Origin: Candidatus Johnevansia muelleri
GTDB lineage: Bacteria; Pseudomonadota; Gammaproteobacteria; Johnevansiales; Johnevansiaceae
DNA: 32,000 nt
Reading direction: 5' to 3'
NCBI GenBank assembly: GCA_000953435.1
Contig: LM655252.1
Location: forward strand, 210,001 to 242,000
In this document: piece after piece, positions 12,744-21,848 of the stretch
Position numbering within the stretch: position 1 is the first letter of the stretch
How the letters are laid out: each line of letters starts with the position of its first letter
Translations under genes and position numbers: made by a program
Notes under the pieces: generated by a model
What the model was told of the DNA's origin: nothing
Seen by the model: the letters and a program-made list of their open reading frames with translations, nothing else
Databases searched by the model: none

Positions 12744-13829
12744 TTAATATTTTAATGATTCTTTTTGTATAATATTCCGTGTGTTTTTTTCTTTTTCTAA
12801 ATATTTTTTATCTTTCATAATTATTTTATATTGTTTATTTAACCATAAATATATAGCTTCTACAAGTTCTTTACATCCTTCACCTGTAATAGAAGAAATA
12901 GGAAAAATTGGACCTTTCCAATTAATATGTTTAATTATATATTTAACAAATATATATCTTTTTTTTTCATTTAATAAATCAATTTTATTTAAAATTAACC
13001 AATTTGGAAATTTGATAAACATATTTAAAGAAAATTTTTTTAATTCATTAATTATAATTTTAAATGATTCTATAGGATTACTATAACTTATATCAATAAA
13101 ATGAAATAACACTCTTGAACGTATTAAATGTTTAATAAAAGTAATACCTAAACCAGCCCCTTTGAAAGCTCCTTTAATTAAAGGAGGAATATCTATAATA
13201 ATAAAATTATCATATGCACCCATTTTAATAACTCCCAAATTAGGATATAACGTTGTAAATGGATAATTAGCTATTTTAGGATGTGCTCTAGAAATAACAC
13301 TAATTAATGTTGTTTTACCAATATTAGGTAAACCTAATATACCTACATCAGCTATTAACTTTAATTCAAGTATTAACTTACGATGTTGTCCTTTTTTACC
13401 GTTTGTTATTTTAATAGGTATTTGATTAATTGACGATTTAAAACACGTATTTCCTAAACCTTTAAATCCACCTTGTGCTATTTTAAAATATTGACCTGAT
13501 ATAATTATATCAAAAATTATTTCACTAGTTTCTATATCAATTACTGTTGTACCAATTGGCACTTTAATATATAAGTTTTTACCTTTTTTACCACTCATGT
13601 TATTATGTTGTCCAGGATGTCCATCTTCTGCTTTATAAAAATATTTAGATTTTAAATTACTTAATGTATTAATTGAATTATCACCAATAATAAAAATATT
13701 CCCCCCATTCCCCCCATTCCCACCATTGGGACCTCCTTTTGATATAAATTTTTCACGTCTAAAACTTAAACAACCGTTACCACCTTGACCAGCCTTAATA
13801 AATATTAAAGCTTTATCAATAAATTGCAT
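12744..13829 (-). CDS. obg: GTPase Obg/CgtA
   Basis: 361-aa ORF. Obg-fold N-terminus MQFIDKALIFIKAGQGGNGCLSFRREKF with a glycine-rich GGPNGGNGGNGGN stretch. G1 GLPNIGKTTL, G2 YPFTT, G4 NKID. Downstream of rplU-rpmA, as is conserved. The G3 motif is atypical (DIPP, see findings). Confidence 0.92.
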   Translation of the reverse strand: MQFIDKALIFIKAGQGGNGCLSFRREKFISKGGPNGGNGGNGGNIFIIGDNSINTLSNLKSKYFYKAEDGHPGQHNNMSGKKGKNLYIKVPIGTTVIDIETSEIIFDIIISGQYFKIAQGGFKGLGNTCFKSSINQIPIKITNGKKGQHRKLILELKLIADVGILGLPNIGKTTLISVISRAHPKIANYPFTTLYPNLGVIKMGAYDNFIIIDIPPLIKGAFKGAGLGITFIKHLIRSRVLFHFIDISYSNPIESFKIIINELKKFSLNMFIKFPNWLILNKIDLLNEKKRYIFVKYIIKHINWKGPIFPISSITGEGCKELVEAIYLWLNKQYKIIMKDKKYLEKEKNTRNIIQKESLKY

Positions 13830-13842
13830 TTATTATCCTTTG

Positions 13843-14094
13843 TTAAATAATATTAACGATTTTATTATTTTTTATTCCTTTATTTTTAAATTCTATTATT
13901 CCATTTTTTGTAGAAAATAAAGTATAATCTTTTCCAAGTTTTACACCATTTCCTGGATGAAATTTAGTACCTCTTTGTCTAATAATAATATTACCAGCTA
14001 CTACTGATTCACCACCAAATAATTTTAAACCTAATCGTTTAGATTTAGAATCACGACCATTACGTGAGCTACCAGTTGCTTTTTTTTGTGCCAT
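13843..14094 (-). CDS. rpmA: 50S ribosomal protein L27
   Basis: 83-aa [54 protein letters not shown], the canonical L27 sequence pattern. Follows rplU. Confidence 0.95.
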   Translation of the reverse strand: MAQKKATGSSRNGRDSKSKRLGLKLFGGESVVAGNIIIRQRGTKFHPGNGVKLGKDYTLFSTKNGIIEFKNKGIKNNKIVNII

Positions 14095-14132
14095 ATTTAA
14101 ATCTTAAAAAATTTTATCATATATATTATAAA

Positions 14133-14453
14133 TTAACAATTTATAAAATTATTATTAAGTTTATTTATTTTTATTATAGTAAAATTTTGTCTATGTCCTT
14201 GACATTTCATATGATGTTTTCTACGATGAAATTTTATAATTTTTATTTTTTTTTCTTTTTTATTAAAAATAATTTCTGTAATTACATAATTATTATTAAT
14301 ATATGGATAACCAATATTAATATTATTATTATTATTACTATATATTAATAATATTTTAATATTTATAAATTTACCAATATATTTTTCTATTTTAATGTAT
14401 TGTCCTATTTTTACATGGTATTGTTTATTTAATATGTTAATTATTGCATACAT
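14133..14453 (-). CDS. rplU: 50S ribosomal protein L21
   Basis: I trimmed the 147-aa track ORF, whose first 41 codons read through a tRNA gene. From Met42 (ATG 14453..14451) the protein begins MYAIINILNKQYHVKIGQ, the typical L21 start (MYAVIxxGGKQYKV). An alternative start at 14462 (MFNMYAI) is possible. Upstream of rpmA. Confidence 0.85.
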   Translation of the reverse strand: MYAIINILNKQYHVKIGQYIKIEKYIGKFINIKILLIYSNNNNNINIGYPYINNNYVITEIIFNKKEKKIKIIKFHRRKHHMKCQGHRQNFTIIKINKLNNNFINC

Positions 14454-14469
14454 ATTAAACATATCCTTT

Positions 14470-14542
14470 TGGAGCCAAGGAGAATTGAACTCCTGACCAC
14501 CTGCGTGCAAAGCAGGTGCTCTACCAGCTGAGCTATGACCCC
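14470..14542 (-). tRNA. tRNA-Ala (anticodon UGC)
   Basis: The reverse complement reads GGGGTCATAGCTCAGCTGGTAGAGCACCTGCTTTGCACGCAGGTGGTCAGGAGTTCAATTCTCCTTGGCTCCA and folds as a 73-nt cloverleaf. It has a 7-bp acceptor stem with the G3:U70 alanine identity pair, a GCTC/GAGC D stem, a CCTGC/GCAGG anticodon stem with loop TTTGCAC, and an AGGAG/CTCCT T stem with a TTCAATT loop. The discriminator is A. CCA is not encoded (followed by AAAGG). It is the only GC-rich island in the area. Confidence 0.95.
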
Positions 14543-14572
14543 AATAATATTTTATATTAATTATATAATAAG

Positions 14573-15415
14573 TCAATATATTATATTTTTAAGTTCATGT
14601 AATATAGCAATACTAGGTTCTACATTATTTAATGTATAAAAATGTAATCCTGGTGCACCTCCTTCAATTAAATTTTTACAAATTTTAATCATTATTTCTT
14701 TACTAAATTCTATAGCACTTTTATTATCATCACCATAAGCTTCAAATTTTTTACATATCCAACGTGGTATACTAGCACCACAGATATTTGAAAAATGCGA
14801 AATTTTATTAAAATTATTAATAGGCATTATTCCAGGTATAATAGGTTTTTCAAAACCTATTTTTTTTAAACATTCAATAAAATTAAAATAAGCTCTTGCA
14901 TCATAAAAATATTGTGTAATAGCTTTATTAGCTCCCACTTTCATTTTATTAGCAAAATTATTTAAATCTTTTTCAAAATTAAAAGCTTCTGAATGCATTT
15001 CTGGATAAGCGCCTACAATTAATTCAAAATAATTTCCTGATTCATCTCTAATAAATTGAATTAATTCATTAGCATAATGTAATTCTGCTATATAATTATT
15101 ATAATATTTATCACCTCGTAATACTACTATACTTTTTATTCCTGATACTTTATATTTATAAAGTAAGTTAATTAATTCATTACGTTTTATTGATATACAT
15201 GATAAATGAGGAACAATATTTACATATAAACATTTGTTTTTAATTTTTAAAACAGTATCAAATGTATTTTTATTACCACATGCTCCAAATGTAATTGAAA
15301 AAAATTTAGGATTAAATTTAATTAATTTATCAATTGATATTAATAAGTTTTTTTTTCCCAATTTAGTGATAGGTGGAAAAAATTCAAAACTGATATCCAA
15401 TTTTGTTAAAATCAT
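14573..15415 (-). CDS. metF: 5,10-methylenetetrahydrofolate reductase
   Basis: 280-aa ORF. The N-terminal ISFEFFPP motif and a length typical of bacterial MetF. TIM-barrel-like pattern with FSITFGACG and GAPGLHFYTLN near the C-terminus. Confidence 0.88.
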   Translation of the reverse strand: MILTKLDISFEFFPPITKLGKKNLLISIDKLIKFNPKFFSITFGACGNKNTFDTVLKIKNKCLYVNIVPHLSCISIKRNELINLLYKYKVSGIKSIVVLRGDKYYNNYIAELHYANELIQFIRDESGNYFELIVGAYPEMHSEAFNFEKDLNNFANKMKVGANKAITQYFYDARAYFNFIECLKKIGFEKPIIPGIMPINNFNKISHFSNICGASIPRWICKKFEAYGDDNKSAIEFSKEIMIKICKNLIEGGAPGLHFYTLNNVEPSIAILHELKNIIY

Positions 15416-15458
15416 AAATTTTTTAAATTTATAAATAAATTAAGGATGAGTTAATATT

Positions 15459-17459
15459 ATGTTATATATTAATCGTAGGCAGCTTGCAAATGCTATTCGT
15501 ATTATTTCTATAGATTCTATACAAAAAGCTAATTCTGGTCACCCTGGAATGCCTATGGGAATGGCTGATATCGCTGAAGTACTTTGGAATAATCATTTAA
15601 AACATAATCCGAATAATCCTAATTGGGAAAATAGAGATAGATTTATTATTTCTAATGGACATGGTTCAATGTTACATTATTCATTATTACATTTAACTGG
15701 TTATAATTTATCAATACATGATCTTAAAAATTTTAGACAATTAGAATCTAAAACACCAGGACATCCTGAATATAATCAGACATTAGGTATAGAAGCAACA
15801 ACAGGACCTTTAGGACAAGGTCTAGCAAATGCAATAGGAATGGCCATTGCTGAACGTATTCTATCGGCTAAATTTAATCGTAAAAATTATAAAATTATTG
15901 ATCATAGAATATGGACATTTGTGGGGGATGGCTGTTTAATGGAAGGTATTAGTCATGAAGTTTGTTCTTTAGCTGGAACTTTAGGTTTAGGAAATTTAAT
16001 AGTATTTTATGATAATAATGGTATATCTATTGATGGGAATACTAATGGGTGGTTTACTGATGATACATATAAACGTTTTGAATCTTATAATTGGAATGTA
16101 ATAGGACCTATAAATGGTCATAATGCTGAAGAAATAAATAAAGCAATTATAAAAGCAAAAATAATTACTAAAAAACCTTCTTTAATTATTTGTAATACTA
16201 TTATTGGTTTTGGATCTCCTAATAAATATGGAACATCTGAATGTCATGGTGCCCCATTAGGTGACATTGAAATAAAACTTGTTAGAAAACAACTTAATTG
16301 GAATTATGCTCCATTTAAAATACCTAAAAAAATTTATAATGCATGGAATGCAATAGATAAAGGTAATAAATTAGAATATAATTATAATAAAAATTTTGAA
16401 GAATATAAAAAAAAATATCCCCAATTAGCTAATGAATTAAAACGTAGATATAGAAAAAATTTACCAGAATATTTAGATAGTAATAAAATTATAAAAGAAA
16501 TTCAAGAAAAATGTGAATATATTGCATCACGTAAAGCTTCTCAAAATATTCTTAATATATTAGGACCTAGTATACCTGAACTTTTAGGAGGAAGTGCAGA
16601 TCTTACTCCATCTAATTTAACTATGTGGAAAGGTGCTAAACCAATTAGTAAAGAAAATTTTAATGGTTCATATATACATTATGGAGTACGTGAATTTGGT
16701 ATGGGAGCTATATCTAATGGAATTGCTTATCATGGAGGTTTTATTCCATATGATGCAACTTTTCTTGTATTTATGGAATATATGTATAATGCTATTCGCA
16801 TGTCTGCAATTTCTAAACTTCATATAATTCATGTTTTTACTCATGATTCAATAGGTTTAGGTGAAGATGGTCCTACACATCAACCTATAGAGCAATTAGA
16901 AGCATTACGTGCTATTCCAGAATTAAATGTTTGGAGACCCGCTGACTCTACTGAAACTGCTGCTGCATGGTTATCTGCAATAGAAAATAAAGAAGGACCA
17001 ACAGCAATAATTTTATCACGTCAAGAATTATCTATAAATAAACGTAATTCTAATCAAATTACTAATATAAAACTGGGAGGTTATATTATAAGAGATTGCC
17101 AATATTTACCTGATTTAATAATAATAGGAAGTGGGTCTGAAGTTATTATAGCAATTGAAGCCGCTAAATATTTAGAAAAAAAAAATAAAAAAATTCGTGT
17201 TGTTTCTATGCCTTGTACATCTATCTTTGATAAACAAAAAATAATTTATCGTAACTTTGTATTACCACCATATATACGTGCTAGAGTTGCTATAGAAGCT
17301 GGGTCACCTACAGGGTGGTATAAATATGTAGGTCTTGATGGAGAAGTTTTGGGTATTAATAATTATGGTTATTCAGGAAAACCTAAAGATTTATTTAAAA
17401 AATTTGGATTTACTGTTTCAAATTTAATAAAAACTTGTGAAAAAATGTTATTTAATTAA
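15459..17459 (+). CDS. tkt: Transketolase
   Basis: 666-aa ORF with SGHPGMPMG, the ThDP motif GDGCLMEGISHE, and HDSIGLGEDGPTHQPIE. AAGGATGA Shine-Dalgarno upstream. Confidence 0.95.
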   Translation: MLYINRRQLANAIRIISIDSIQKANSGHPGMPMGMADIAEVLWNNHLKHNPNNPNWENRDRFIISNGHGSMLHYSLLHLTGYNLSIHDLKNFRQLESKTPGHPEYNQTLGIEATTGPLGQGLANAIGMAIAERILSAKFNRKNYKIIDHRIWTFVGDGCLMEGISHEVCSLAGTLGLGNLIVFYDNNGISIDGNTNGWFTDDTYKRFESYNWNVIGPINGHNAEEINKAIIKAKIITKKPSLIICNTIIGFGSPNKYGTSECHGAPLGDIEIKLVRKQLNWNYAPFKIPKKIYNAWNAIDKGNKLEYNYNKNFEEYKKKYPQLANELKRRYRKNLPEYLDSNKIIKEIQEKCEYIASRKASQNILNILGPSIPELLGGSADLTPSNLTMWKGAKPISKENFNGSYIHYGVREFGMGAISNGIAYHGGFIPYDATFLVFMEYMYNAIRMSAISKLHIIHVFTHDSIGLGEDGPTHQPIEQLEALRAIPELNVWRPADSTETAAAWLSAIENKEGPTAIILSRQELSINKRNSNQITNIKLGGYIIRDCQYLPDLIIIGSGSEVIIAIEAAKYLEKKNKKIRVVSMPCTSIFDKQKIIYRNFVLPPYIRARVAIEAGSPTGWYKYVGLDGEVLGINNYGYSGKPKDLFKKFGFTVSNLIKTCEKMLFN

Positions 17460-18314
17460 TTTAAAATTTGACATATATTCAAAAAACCAAAAACAATATT
17501 TATTTAAAATAGAATATTTATTCATAATATTTTTAAAATAAAATTTATTAATATTCCTTTGTTTAATATAATAATTATAAATAGCTTTTATTGATTCTAA
17601 ATAAACTGTATGTTTCTTTATTATAATTTTTACACCATTTTTAGATAATAAAATAAGATTACTTAATTTAGTATTACTATAAGTTAATAATATTATTGGT
17701 ATATTAATATATATAAAAATTTTTTTTAAATGATTAATGTTTTTAATCCCACATATACATATTGCATCAGCTCCAGCTGATTGATAAGCAATAATACGTT
17801 CAATAATATCTTCATATATTAAATTATTAATATTAATTCTAGCAATAATATATAATGCTGTATCTGTTCTTGCTTTTATTGCAGAATAAATTTTATAAAA
17901 TGCTTCTTCTATAGAAATTATAATATTAAATTTTTTGTTAAATTGTATTGGTAATAAAGTATCTTCAATAGTAAGTGCAGATATACCAGTACGTTCTAAT
18001 TCATTAACTGTACGCATTACATTAATAGCATTTCCATATCCATGATTTGCATCAACAATAATTGGAAATTGAGCTAATCTACCTATCCTATTTACTTGTT
18101 CTACAAATTCACTGAGACTTATAAGTGTAAAATCAGGAGCGCCTAATACTTGTAAAGATATTACTGATCCACCTATTATACCAACTTCAAAACCTAAATC
18201 AAATGCCATTCTAGATGATATAGGATCAAAAATTGATGCTGCATCATAACATGATTCTGATTGTAATAATTTACGAAACTTTTTTCTTAATTTATTTGAT
18301 AAATTAATTACCAT
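17448..18314 (-). CDS. PEP mutase/isocitrate lyase superfamily protein, oxaloacetate decarboxylase-like (Pseudomonas PA4872 type)
   Basis: 288-aa ORF. CYDAASIFDPISSRMAFDLGFEVGIIGGSVISLQVLGAPDFTLISLSEFVEQVNRIGRL...IIVDANHGYGNAINVMRTVNELERTGISALTIEDT closely resembles, from my memory of the family, the ~287-aa PA4872-type members (DxDxGYG and EDT motifs). The subfamily assignment is from memory, not from an alignment. Confidence 0.65.
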   Translation of the reverse strand: MVINLSNKLRKKFRKLLQSESCYDAASIFDPISSRMAFDLGFEVGIIGGSVISLQVLGAPDFTLISLSEFVEQVNRIGRLAQFPIIVDANHGYGNAINVMRTVNELERTGISALTIEDTLLPIQFNKKFNIIISIEEAFYKIYSAIKARTDTALYIIARININNLIYEDIIERIIAYQSAGADAICICGIKNINHLKKIFIYINIPIILLTYSNTKLSNLILLSKNGVKIIIKKHTVYLESIKAIYNYYIKQRNINKFYFKNIMNKYSILNKYCFWFFEYMSNFKLIK

Positions 18315-18318
18315 AATT

Positions 18319-20697
18319 TTATATATTTATATTAGCAAATAAAGCATATTTTTTTATAAAATTAAATCTAGGTTCAACTTCTTTACCCATTAAAATATTA
18401 AAAATATTATCTGCAGTTGCTACATTTTTTATAGTTATTTTAAGTAACATACGCTTATTAGGATTCATAGTAGTTTCCCAAAGTTGTTGTGGATTCATTT
18501 CTCCTAATCCTTTATATCTTTGTATATTTAATTTACTTTTTGTTTCATTAATTAAATAATTTATTAATTCATTAAAATTATATATATTTTTTTTATATCC
18601 ATTATATAATATATATGAATTATTTTTAAATATATCTCTTATTCTCAAACAATTAATTTTAAAATAATCATATGAAAAAATAAAATTTAAATTAATTAAA
18701 TATTTTTTTATTTTACTATAAATTTTGATTATTATTAATGGCAAATAAATTTGATTTTTATAATCATAATATATTTGAAAGTTATATGTTTTTAATTCTT
18801 TATCTGTTAATTTACATTTTAATTCATTTATCCATATTTCTACAGATTTTTTATTTTTTAATAAATCTAAAGTTAAATTATTTATATAAATTATTTTATA
18901 TAAAATATTAATAATATAATATAAACTATTATTTTTTGTAAAAATATTAATATATTGAAAAATTAAAACTTTTAATTCTTGGCCTAAAATAAGTTTATTA
19001 TTTATATGTAATTTTGTAATATTAATTGATTTATTAATTAAATATTCTTTTAAAAAAAAATCATTTTTTAAATAAATAGTATTTTTTCCATTGTTAACTT
19101 TATAAAGTGGAGGTTGTGCAATAAATAAATAACCTTTCTTAATAATATAAGGCATATATCTAAAAAAAAATGTTAATAAAAGTGTTCTAATATGTGAACC
19201 ATCTATATCAGCATCTGTCATAATTATAATTGAGTGGTAACGTAATTTATGGGGTTTAAAATTTTTTCCAATACCACATCCTAAAGTAGAAATTAAAAAA
19301 TTAATTTCATCTGATGATAATATTTTATCAAAATTAGATTTTTCAACATTTAAAATTTTACCTTTAATAGGTAATATTGCTTGATTACTACGATCTCTAC
19401 TTTGTTTCGCAGATCCACCTGCAGAATCTCCTTCTACTATATAAAGTTCTGCTTTCTTAGGATCTTTTATTTGACAATCAGATAATTTTACTGGTAAATT
19501 AGATATATTAAAAATTCCTGTTTTACGAGTAATTTCACGTGCTTTACTAGCAGCATATCTTGCCATAGCTGATTTAATAATTTTCTTTACAATAATTTTT
19601 GATTGTTTTTTATTTTTTAGTAAATAATCATAAAACTTATTGCTAATTTCTTTTTCTACTGCTATTTTAACGTTAGAAGAAACAAGTTTATCTTTTATTT
19701 GTGATGAAAATTTAGGATCAGGTAATTTTATTGAAATAATAGCTGTTAAACCTTCTCTTATATCTTCTCCATTCGTTATAATTTTTCTTTTTTTTTGTAA
19801 ATGTTTATTATTAATATAATTATTAATAGTTCTTGTTAATCCTGTTTTAAACCCCACCAAGTGGGTACCACTAATTTGGGGGATATTATTAGTATAACAA
19901 TATATATTTTCTTTATATGAATTATTCCATTGCATTACAAAATTAATTTCAATATTATATTTTTTACAATAATTTGAAAAAAAAATTATATGTGAAATTA
20001 CATATTTATCTTTATTAAGATAATTAAGAAATTCACATAAACCACCTAAATTATAAAATATATTTTTTTTTTTCTTACGTTTATCAACAAGTTTAATATA
20101 TATTCCTGGATTTAAAAATGATAATTCTCTAAATCTCTTTTCAATAATTTCATAATAAAATTTTATTTTTGAAAAAATTTTGGAAGAAGGTTTAAAATGT
20201 ATTTTAGTACCTGATTTTTTAGTTTTTCCAATTAATTTTAATGGATTTACAGGTTTACCATTAATATAATTTTGTTCATAAATTTTACCATTTCTATATA
20301 TTATTAAATTTAATTTTTCAGAAAGAGCATTAACTACAGAAATACCTACTCCATGTAATCCCCCAGATATTTTATAAGAATTATTATCAAATTTACCTCC
20401 TGCATGTAAAATAGTCATAATAACTTCTGCTGCTGAAATACCTTCTTCTTTATGTATATCTGTTGGTATCCCTCTACCATTATCGTTAACAGTAATTGAT
20501 TCATCTGAATAAATAATTATACTAATATTATTACAATAACCTGCTAATGCTTCATCAATTGAATTATCTACTATTTCGAATACCATCTGATGTAGACCAC
20601 TTCCATCATTAGTATCACCAATATACATACCTGGTCTTTTACGAACAGCATCAAGACCTTTAAGTACTTGAATACTTGAAGAATCATATTTTATCAT
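18319..20697 (-). CDS. gyrB: DNA gyrase subunit B
   Basis: 792-aa ORF. GHKL ATPase motifs VFEIVDNSIDEALAG, DNGRGIP, GGLHGVG. Toprim motifs ELYIVEGDSAGGSAKQ and DADIDGSHI. Also PPLYK and RYKGLGEMNPQQLWETTM. Confidence 0.96.
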   Translation of the reverse strand: MIKYDSSSIQVLKGLDAVRKRPGMYIGDTNDGSGLHQMVFEIVDNSIDEALAGYCNNISIIIYSDESITVNDNGRGIPTDIHKEEGISAAEVIMTILHAGGKFDNNSYKISGGLHGVGISVVNALSEKLNLIIYRNGKIYEQNYINGKPVNPLKLIGKTKKSGTKIHFKPSSKIFSKIKFYYEIIEKRFRELSFLNPGIYIKLVDKRKKKKNIFYNLGGLCEFLNYLNKDKYVISHIIFFSNYCKKYNIEINFVMQWNNSYKENIYCYTNNIPQISGTHLVGFKTGLTRTINNYINNKHLQKKRKIITNGEDIREGLTAIISIKLPDPKFSSQIKDKLVSSNVKIAVEKEISNKFYDYLLKNKKQSKIIVKKIIKSAMARYAASKAREITRKTGIFNISNLPVKLSDCQIKDPKKAELYIVEGDSAGGSAKQSRDRSNQAILPIKGKILNVEKSNFDKILSSDEINFLISTLGCGIGKNFKPHKLRYHSIIIMTDADIDGSHIRTLLLTFFFRYMPYIIKKGYLFIAQPPLYKVNNGKNTIYLKNDFFLKEYLINKSINITKLHINNKLILGQELKVLIFQYINIFTKNNSLYYIINILYKIIYINNLTLDLLKNKKSVEIWINELKCKLTDKELKTYNFQIYYDYKNQIYLPLIIIKIYSKIKKYLINLNFIFSYDYFKINCLRIRDIFKNNSYILYNGYKKNIYNFNELINYLINETKSKLNIQRYKGLGEMNPQQLWETTMNPNKRMLLKITIKNVATADNIFNILMGKEVEPRFNFIKKYALFANINI

Positions 20698-20711
20698 ATA
20701 ATATTCCAGTC

Positions 20712-21848
20712 TTATAATAGCATTGCCATTATAATATGTTTTGATTCTATTTTATAAAAATAATTATTTTGTTCTTGAATAACTAATATACTTTTATTAT
20801 ATTTAGAAAATATAATACATATATATTCATTATCAAATACATTAAGTATATCAATTAAATAATTTATATTTAAACCGATTTCTAAATTATAAATTTTATA
20901 ATTAATTTTAATATTTTCTTCTGCTTCATCTTTTTGTATATTATTAAGTTGAACTATTAATTTATTATTAATAATACGTAATATTATACCACTATTTTTT
21001 TCAGTTAAAATTACTGAAATCCTTGATATTGATTTTAATAATTTCTTTCTATTAACAAATAATTTAGTAGCCATATTTATTAAAATAAGATTTTTATAAT
21101 CAGGAAAATTTCCATAAATTAATTTTGATGTAAAAAGATAATTATTCATATATAAATTAATATAATTTGATCCAAATATAATAGTAATTATATCATTATC
21201 ATTATTATTATCATTTAATAATTTTTTAATTTTTATAATACTTTTTCTGGGTATAATTATTTTTTTATAATTATCAATTCTATTTAGATAAGTAGAACAA
21301 ATAGCCATTCTATGACCATCTGTTGCTACAAAACTTAAAATATTTTTACAAATTTCTATTAGCATACCATTTAAATAATATCTAATATCTTTATTAGCCA
21401 TTGCAAAATAAGTATAATCAATTAACTTTTTAAGTATTTTTTTTTTAATAGATATTTTTATATCTGTTAGTGATTTTTTTATGTTATTTAGTTTAGGAAA
21501 TTTTTTGTATGATAATGTTGATAATCTAAATATAGAATAGCCAGATTTAATTACTACACGATTAGTTTCTTCAATGAAAATATTAATTTTCGCCCCGGGT
21601 GATAATGATTTACATATTTTTAATAATTTATATGCAGGAATATTAATATTTCCATTAATTTCTATATTATAAATTTTAACATATCCAGTTAATTCTATTT
21701 CTAGATCTGTACTACTAATTGTAAGTATTTTGTCTTTTACTTTTAAAAAAATATTAGAAAGTATATTTAATGTTTGTTTATTTTCTACTATGGTTACAAC
21801 TAAATAAATTATTTTTATTAATAATTCTCTTAATATTGTAAATTTCAT
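20712..21848 (-). CDS. dnaN: DNA polymerase III beta sliding clamp
   Basis: 378-aa ORF starting MKFTILRELLIK. The length and three-domain repeat pattern fit a beta clamp (ATDGHRMA motif present). The position immediately upstream of gyrB fits conserved dnaN-(recF)-gyrB synteny. Confidence 0.88.
   Translation of the reverse strand: MKFTILRELLIKIIYLVVTIVENKQTLNILSNIFLKVKDKILTISSTDLEIELTGYVKIYNIEINGNINIPAYKLLKICKSLSPGAKINIFIEETNRVVIKSGYSIFRLSTLSYKKFPKLNNIKKSLTDIKISIKKKILKKLIDYTYFAMANKDIRYYLNGMLIEICKNILSFVATDGHRMAICSTYLNRIDNYKKIIIPRKSIIKIKKLLNDNNNDNDIITIIFGSNYINLYMNNYLFTSKLIYGNFPDYKNLILINMATKLFVNRKKLLKSISRISVILTEKNSGIILRIINNKLIVQLNNIQKDEAEENIKINYKIYNLEIGLNINYLIDILNVFDNEYICIIFSKYNKSILVIQEQNNYFYKIESKHIIMAMLL

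Noticed and set aside
13701-13737. Short tandem CCCCCCATT repeats
   Set aside because: This is the coding sequence of the glycine-rich GGNGGNGGNGGN segment of the Obg fold on the minus strand. It is a normal feature of Obg proteins.
14454-14576. N-terminal 41 codons of the 147-aa track ORF (MTYYIINIKYYWGHSSAGRAPALHAGGQEFNSPWLQKD...)
   Set aside because: This segment is the antisense-frame translation of the tRNA-Ala gene and its flanks. The real L21 starts at MYAIINIL (14453).
19853-19865. GC-rich mini-palindrome CCCAC-CAA-GTGGG inside gyrB
   Set aside because: It encodes the conserved GTHLVGF segment of GyrB. A 5-bp stem with a 3-nt loop inside a conserved peptide is most simply explained by amino-acid constraint.
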